Below are positions 16,732 through 22,822 of a stretch of 22,822 nucleotides of DNA, piece by piece. Location of the stretch: contig CAVUHW010000025.1 in the NCBI GenBank assembly GCA_963741205.1, positions 1 to 22,822 of the forward strand. The letters run 5' to 3'. Source of the DNA: Nitrospirota bacterium (GTDB lineage: Bacteria; Nitrospirota; UBA9217). Within the stretch, counting starts at the first letter, position 1, and the number at the start of each line of letters is the position of its first letter. The translations under genes were made by a program, and so were the position numbers. The notes below the pieces were generated by a model, which was not told where the DNA came from, did no database searches, and saw only the letters and a program-made list of their open reading frames with translations.

Positions 16732-17855
16732 TTACTTTTTCGTTTTGTCTCCGAACAGTTCCTTTACCTTATCGAAAAAGCCCTTCGTCAGGGGCGTCGA
16801 CTCTTCCGAGTTCAGACGTTCGAATTCCTGGAGCAGTTCCTTCTGTTTCGCTGTCAGTTTGGTCGGGACTTCGACGTTGATCCTGCAGATCTGGTCTCCG
16901 GACCCGCCCCCGCGAAGGTTGGGAAAACCCTTTCCCCGGAACCTGAACGTTTGGCCCGGCTGGGTGCCGGCGGGTATTTTCAGTTTCGCATTGCCGCTGA
17001 GCGTCGGCGCATCGATCTCCGTGCCGAGCGCCGCCTGGATAAAGCTGACCGGCACCTCGCAGATGATGTCCTGACCCTCGCGCTTGAAGAGTGGATGGTC
17101 CTCGACCGTAAGGAACACGTACAGATCGCCGGGGGGGCCGCCATAGGAGCCGATCTCACCCTCTCCGGAGAGGCGGATCGTGTTGCCGGTTTCTACTCCG
17201 GCCGGGATCTTCACCGACAGCGTCCGTTCACGCTCTATGCGTTTCCGTCCGCCACAGGTGCTACAGGGATCGGTGATGACCCTGCCTTCTCCCCCGCAGC
17301 GCGAGCAGGTCCGGCTGATGCTGAAAAATCCCTGCTGCGTCCGGATCTGCCCCGCTCCCTGGCAACCCGGGCAAACCTTAATGCCGTCCTTGGTTTTTGC
17401 ACCGCTGCCGTCGCAGTCAGGGCAGCGCTCCCAGCGGGGAACACGGATCTTCGTCGCCGTGCCGAACGCCGCTTCTTCGAAGGTTATCTTGAGATTGTAA
17501 CGCAGGTCGTCACCGGCCGTGGCGCGGGCCCGCCCCTGCCCGCCTCCGAAGAACTCGCCGAAGATGTCGCCGAAGATGTCGCCCATGCCGCCCATCCCGG
17601 CCCCGAATCCGCCGAACCCGGGCCCCGCGCCCTGCGCGCCCGGCGCTACGCCGAACTGGTCGTAATAGCCCTTTTCTGAGCGTCGGACAGGACTTCGTAG
17701 GCCTCGTTGATTTCCTTGAACTTCTCTTCGGCGGCCTTGTTGCCGGGATTTTTATCGGGATGATATTCGTGCGCAAGTTTCCGGTAAGCGCGCTTGAGTT
17801 CGGCCTCGGTCGCATTCCTGTGCACGCCGAGCAGTGCGTAATAATCTTTCGCCAT
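16732..17855 (-). CDS. dnaJ: Chaperone DnaJ (frameshift near 17668)
   Basis: J domain with HPD, G/F region, four CxxCxGxG-type repeats and the C-terminal domain. Confidence 0.96.
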
Positions 17856-17905
17856 AACGTCCTTCTTCAATCAATTTAAAGGAACTGCTCAGGTATCAAT
17901 AGTTC

Positions 17906-18027
17906 GTCGTCCCCGAATGCCTTCATCGGGGACCCAGCCTGCGCCCAGCGTTTACAAGTGGGGTAGCGCGAGTGCAGGGGTGTCTTTTAGAATCTCTGGA
18001 TTCCCGATTAAAGCTTTCGGGAATGAC
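17906..18027. repeat. REP-like inverted pair, family B
   Basis: GTCGTCCCCGAATGCCTTCATCGGGGACCCAG ... CTGGATTCCCGATTAAAGCTTTCGGGAATGAC; each arm is palindromic and the arms are inverted relative to each other. Confidence 0.65.
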
Positions 18028-18057
18028 GGCCTGAAAGAAGACCATGAGAAGTTGTCA

Positions 18058-18111
18058 TAAAAAAGAGGATAGCAGGCGCTCCTCATGCGGATCCGTCCCT
18101 GCTATCCTCTT
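18058..18111 (-). terminator. Terminator/attenuator hairpin after dnaK
   Basis: 14-bp inverted repeat AAGAGGATAGCAGG/CCTGCTATCCTCTT, followed by a T-run on the minus strand. Confidence 0.7.
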
Positions 18112-18124
18112 CAATCGTACACGG

Positions 18125-20051
18125 TTACTTCTTGTCCTTGTCCACTTCCTCGAACTCGGCATCCACGACCTTCTCGCCTGGCTTGGCGCCGTCGCCTTCG
18201 GCCGCACCGGATGAAGCATCCGGGCCCGGCTGTCCCTGCCCCTTGTTCATCTTGGAGTAGACCTCTTCGGCGAGCTTATGGGACGCCTTCGAGAGCTCGG
18301 CGACCGCCTTCTTGATGGCGTCGACATCCTGGCCGTCCTTGACCGCCTTTGCCTGTTCGAGCGCCTTTTGGATGTCCGCGCGCTCGGACTCGGTCAGCTT
18401 GGAGCCGTAATCGGCCACGGACTTCTCGACGGAGTAAATGAGCGTGTCCACTTCGTTCCGCGCCTCGGCAATTTCCTTCTTCTTCTTGTCTTCGGCCGCA
18501 TGCGCCTCAGCCTCTTTTATGGCCTTGTCGATCTCGTCCTTGCTCATGCCGGATTGACGCCGTGATCTTGATGGACTGTTCCCTGCCCGTTCCGAGGTCC
18601 TTGGCCATGACGTGCACGATGCCGTTCGCGTCGATGTCAAAGGTCACCTCGACCTGCGGGATGCCGCGCGGCGCCGGCGGGATGCCCACGAGTTCGAACC
18701 GCCCCAGTGTTTTGTTGTCCGCGGCCATTTCGCGCTCGCCCTGGAGCACATGGATGGAGACCGCGGTCTGGTTGTCCGAGGCCGTGGAGAAGACCTGGCT
18801 CTTTTTGGTCGGGATCGTGGTGTTCCGCTCGATGAGGCGCGTGGTCACGCCTCCCAGGGTCTCGATGCCGAGCGACAGCGGGGTCACGTCCAAAAGCAGG
18901 ACGTCCTTCACCTGGCCGGTCAGGACCGCGCCCTGGATGGCCGCGCCGATCGCCACCACTTCGTCGGGGTTCACACCGCGGTGAGGCTCTTTCTTGAAGA
19001 AATCCTTCACCGTGGAGATCACCTTCGGCATGCGCGTCATGCCGCCCACGAGGACCGCCTCGTTGATCTGATCAACGGTCTTGCCCGCGTCGTTGAGCGC
19101 CTTCCTCACCGGGTCGATGCTCTTTGCGACCAGGTCATCAACGAGCTGCTCGTATTTGGCCCGCGAAAGCTTGTACAGAAGGTGCTTCGGTCCGCTTGCG
19201 TCCGCGGTGATGAAGGGGAGGTTGATCTCCGTCTCCATGACCGTGGAAAGTTCTATCTTGGCCTTTTCCGCCGCTTCCTTGAGCCGCTGGAGCGCCATCT
19301 TGTCCTTCTTCAGGTCGATGCCCGAATCCTTGAGGAACGATTCGGCGAGCCACTTGATGATGCGGTCGTCGAAATCGTCGCCGCCCAGGAAGGTGTCGCC
19401 GTTGGTGGACTTCACCTCGAACACCCCCTCGCCCAGTTCCAGGATGGAGATATCGAAGGTGCCGCCGCCCAGGTCGTAAACCGCGATGGTCTCGTCCTTC
19501 TTCTTGTCGAGACCGTAGGCCAGCGACGCGGCCGTGGGCTCGTTGATGATGCGCAGCACGTTCAGGCCCGATATCCTTCCGGCATCCTTGGTCGCCTGGC
19601 GCTGGCTGTCGTTAAAGTAGGCAGGCACGGTGATGACGGCGTCCGTCACCTTTTCTCCGAGATAATCTTCGGCCGTCTGCCTCATCTTCTGCAGGATCAT
19701 GGCCGAGATCTCCGCCGGGCTGAAGACCTTGCCCCGTATCTCGACGTGGGCGTCGCCGTTGTCCGCCTTCACGATTTTGTACGGCAGGTGCTTTCTCGCC
19801 TCCTGCACCTCGGCCGTGTCATACTTACGCCCGATGAGGCGCTTGATCGAGAAGATGGTATTGTCCGGGTTGGTGATGGACTGCCGCTTGGCGATCTGTC
19901 CCACGAGCCGCTCGCCGCTGTCGGTGATGGCCACGACCGACGGCGTGGTCCTGCTCCCCTCGGAGTTCGCGATCACGACCGGTTCTCCGCCTTCCATCAC
20001 GGCGACACATGAGTTTGTCGTACCTAGATCGATTCCTATAACTTTTGCCAT
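18125..20051 (-). CDS. dnaK: Chaperone DnaK (frameshift near 18553)
   Basis: [24 protein letters not shown] and PAPRGIPQ motifs; the C-terminus VVDAEFEEV is in the second frame. Confidence 0.97.
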
Positions 20052-20125
20052 AAAAGCCTCCTTCAAGATGTTGATCGACCGCGGACAACAGCCACGTAAG
20101 CCGTTATCCGCAAGCCGGTGACTTC

Positions 20126-20761
20126 CTATAAATCCGTCTGATCACACGCCGCGCTTTCTTCTTCCGATGCAGCCTGCGCTCCCGCCGGCCTCTTTGCGAC
20201 GCCGACCTTCGCGTGGCGCAGGACCTTGTCGTGATACCAGTACCCGTCCTGGAGCACCTGCACCACCGTGTTCTCCGGCGCCTCCGTCGTGGCCACCTGC
20301 ATTACGGCGTCGTGCTTCGACGGGTCAAAGCATTCGCCTTCCGCCGTGAACGGCTTGACGCCGAACTTTTCAAGGATGTCCCGAAACTGCTTGTAGACCA
20401 TGTTCCACGCCCTGCTGGAGTCCGCCATTGGCTTCACCCGTCTCTCGGGCATGCTTGAGCGCAAGCCCCAGATGGTCGACGACGGGGAGCAGTTCAAGGG
20501 CAAGTTGTTCGTTCGCGTACTTGCGGAAGTCGGCGAGGTCGCGCTGCATGCGCTTGCGGTAATTTTCAAAATCGGCATAGGTCCGCAGATACTTCTCGTT
20601 CGCCTCCGCCGCCTCCTTCTTCTGCTGCTCCAGCTCATGAGAGAACTTCTCGATCAGCGCCGCCGTCTCATTCCCCGCCGTCTCATTCCCGCGTCTCCGT
20701 CGGCTTCAGCGGCGGCCGCAACGACATTTTCTTCGCTTGAATCGCTGTGATGTTTCTTCAT
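20126..20761 (-). CDS. grpE: Nucleotide exchange factor GrpE (at least two indels)
   Basis: ATG overlaps the hrcA stop. [14 protein letters not shown] is in one frame and FDPSKHDAV...[16 protein letters not shown] in another; contains a 15-nt tandem duplication near 20660-20691. Confidence 0.93.
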
Positions 20762-21804
20762 CTCTCTAAACCCCTTTGAAACCGTTCACCCAAAAGCTTC
20801 GTCAACAGCTTTGACGTATAATCCACGACTTGAATAACCTGTCTGTACTGCATCCTTGTTGGCCCGATCACCCCAAGGGTACCCACGACATTCGCGCCAG
20901 CCTGGTAGCTGCCCACCACCATGCTGCACCCCTGCATCTCGAAATAGGGGTTTTCCGACCCGATGAAGACCTTGATGCCCTGCGCCGCCACGCTCCGGTC
21001 GAGGAGCTTCAGCAGCTTGTATTTGTCCTCAAAGGCCTTGAACAGCGACCGCATCTGTTCGACCGTCGCGAACTCCGGTGTTTCGAGCATCTGCGAGGCG
21101 CCGCCGATGTACACTTTCTCGTTTTCCCGTTCCTGGACCTCCAGGCTGGCGCGGTAGGTCTCGTCCATGAGCTGGGTGAAAACGCGCTTCTCTTCCCGCA
21201 TTTTTTCGACCAACCGCTGCCGGACCTCGTTCAGGGTCCAATGCGCCAGCTCGTCGTCCAGATAGGCGCTGAACCGGTTCAGGTCCTGCTGCCGGATGCT
21301 CTCGTCAAGCTCGATGAGCTTGTTCTGCACAATGCCGCTCTCGGTCACAAAGATGATCAACACCTGCTGGCCTCGCAGGCGGACAAACTCAACATGCCGG
21401 TACTTGGTCTCTGATTCGGTCGGCGCGACCACCACCCCGCGCAATGCGACAGCGTTGCCAGGAACCTGCTCGCTTCCTCCATCAATGTCGTCGAGGTCTT
21501 CCCCATGCAAAGCGGGCGCCTGCCGAAACTGGTCTCCGAGATCCTCGGGTTCGTTCTCGATGCTGATCAGGCTGTCGATATAGTAGCGGTAACCCAGATC
21601 CGTCGGTATTCTGCCGGCTGAGGTATGAGGATGGGTCAGGAACCCCATTTCCTCGAGTTCTGCCATGATGTTCCGGAGGGTAGCGGAACTCACGCCGAAA
21701 TCATATCGCTTGACCAGCACATTCGAACCGATCGGCATGCCGCTGGCAATATAGCTGTCTATGACAGCTTGCAGTACTTTCCTATTTCTTTCATCCAGCT
21801 CCAT
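20758..21804 (-). CDS. hrcA: Heat-inducible transcription repressor HrcA
   Basis: SSATLRNIMAELE, PHTSAGRIPTD.GYRYY and GVIGPTRM.Y motifs; compensating indels around 21443-21487. Confidence 0.96.
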   Translation of the reverse strand: MELDERNRKVLQAVIDSYIASGMPIGSNVLVKRYDFGVSSATLRNIMAELEEMGFLTHPHTSAGRIPTDLGYRYYIDSLISIENEPEDLGDQFRQAPALHGEDLDDIDGGSEQVPGNAVALRGVVVAPTESETKYRHVEFVRLRGQQVLIIFVTESGIVQNKLIELDESIRQQDLNRFSAYLDDELAHWTLNEVRQRLVEKMREEKRVFTQLMDETYRASLEVQERENEKVYIGGASQMLETPEFATVEQMRSLFKAFEDKYKLLKLLDRSVAAQGIKVFIGSENPYFEMQGCSMVVGSYQAGANVVGTLGVIGPTRMQYRQVIQVVDYTSKLLTKLLGERFQRGLER

Positions 21805-21867
21805 ACAAATCACTATCCTACGTAGAGGAAAAATCGCGATCTCGCCGGAAACCACTTTCCGCACGCC

Positions 21868-21894
21868 TTAGCACTCACTATGATAGAGTGCTAA
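21868..21894. promoter_or_regulatory. CIRCE operator
   Basis: Perfect TTAGCACTC-N9-GAGTGCTAA. Confidence 0.97.
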
Positions 21895-21895
21895 T

Positions 21896-21924
21896 AATTT
21901 AACATAGAGGCTATAGAGTGTCAA
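21896..21924 (-). promoter_or_regulatory. Sigma70 promoter of the hrcA operon
   Basis: TTGACA-17-TAAATT with TG extension, directly upstream of CIRCE. Confidence 0.85.
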
Positions 21925-22027
21925 GCAGTTATTTTATTAACGTATTTTCCCTCTACATTTCGTAGGTTCAGGGTTATTCGAAAGGCAATTTTTCGACTTG
22001 CCTATTATAGGGAATCCCTCTATCAAC

Positions 22028-22061
22028 AAAAAAGCCATCCCGAAAGTTGTCGCGGGATGGC
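22028..22061 (-). terminator. Intrinsic terminator of hsp20
   Basis: GCCATCCCG/CGGGATGGC stem followed by TTTTTT on the minus strand. Confidence 0.75.
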
Positions 22062-22122
22062 GATTACCGTTACTCCTTAACCTGACAACGAAGTCTGAGC
22101 AGGTTGCTCGGGAAATCTAACC

Positions 22123-22639
22123 CTAGGCAGCTTTCTTGGCCTCCCCTTCAATCATCTTTTTATCCTCTTTCGAGGTCTCGATCACGATCTTTCCGCGCCT
22201 TGGAGATCGCGGGTGCCGGGACCGTTACCTCGAGAACCCCATTCGCAAATTTCGCCTTCAACTCGTCGGTCTTTACGCCTTCAGGCAGCGCAAAGTGCCG
22301 CTCAAAAGTGCCATAGCTGATTTCCCTGTAAACATAATTTTCTTCCTTTGTATCTTTCTCATGCTTCCGTTCACCTTTAATGATCAGTTCCCTATCGGTG
22401 ATGCTCACATCAAGGTCCTTCTCGTCAACTCCGGGAAGTTCAGCCCGGAATACAAGTTTTCCGTCTTTCGTGTAGGATTCAACCGAAGGCGCCCACACAC
22501 CTTTATATTCGGTCGGAAGTTCTCCTCCCAGGAACCGGTCAAACAATCTGTCCATTTCGCGCTGCATCGATCGCATTTCCTCAAAAGGATCCCATCTTTT
22601 CGTGATTCCGAAGGGATCCCACCTCATCAGGCTTTTCAT
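22123..22639 (-). CDS. Hsp20/alpha-crystallin small heat-shock protein (frameshift near 22190)
   Basis: AELPGV, REISYGTFERHFALP and AKFANGVLEV motifs; AAGGAGG SD. The corrected tail is RKIVIETSKEDKKMIEGEAKKAA*. Confidence 0.93.
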
Positions 22640-22822
22640 AGACATCCCTCCTTTTCTGAGTAAGATTGCGATCTCCACTTCGGGCATCCTGTCGGCCGGT
22701 CTCACCTCGCTTCGTGGCCATTGGCTGGTTAAGCCCCTGATGCCCGATGTTTAGGCGTGGAGATCATTTTACCCTTCTCCGTGTCCCTAAAATGTTTTAA
22801 GGAACCGGCTTTCACCTCCTGA

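Noticed and set aside
18540-18565. Programmed frameshifting in dnaK or other genes
   Set aside because: No slippery heptamer at the dnaK site, and indels are scattered through many unrelated genes.
18612-20012. 466-aa ORF antisense to dnaK, and similar long antisense ORFs over terC, corA, dnaJ and the reductase
   Set aside because: These are shadow ORFs caused by GC-rich codon bias opposite conserved genes.
22700-22822. 6S RNA (CCCCTGATGCCCGATGTTT loosely resembles part of E. coli 6S)
   Set aside because: The match is short, the segment pairs with upstream sequence instead, and the window ends here, so it cannot be supported.

Overview
A moderately GC-rich bacterial chromosomal window. Gene content and repeat style suggest an anaerobic Nitrospirota/Desulfobacterota-like organism (inference). 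Many single-base indels, even in dnaK, dnaJ, grpE and hrcA, point to an unpolished long-read assembly. In order it holds: a Phd/YefM-RelE/ParE toxin-antitoxin pair; TerC and macro-domain genes; a nucleotidyltransferase-like/TPM/LemA cluster; a Trx-domain-fused thioredoxin reductase, an isochorismatase-family hydrolase and a small double-UGA glutaredoxin-like selenoprotein missed by the ORF track; an ECF sigma/zinc anti-sigma pair; a decayed island (DUF1579-like pseudogene, attC-like palindrome, cupin); a DUF4139-like gene; corA; a radical SAM/SPASM locus; a ferritin/rubrerythrin-like gene; and the heat-shock cluster hsp20, CIRCE-hrcA-grpE-dnaK-dnaJ. There are two highlights. (1) A candidate RiPP system: a radical SAM/SPASM enzyme with an RRE-like N-terminus is followed by an unannotated 20-aa peptide, MTIKKVTKKMAVTCKCKSSC, with its own SD, promoter-like site and terminator, and a Cys-rich gene lies divergent from the enzyme. 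(2) A 71-aa protein with two in-frame UGA codons, each followed by a SECIS-like hairpin, sits at the head of the thioredoxin reductase cluster.
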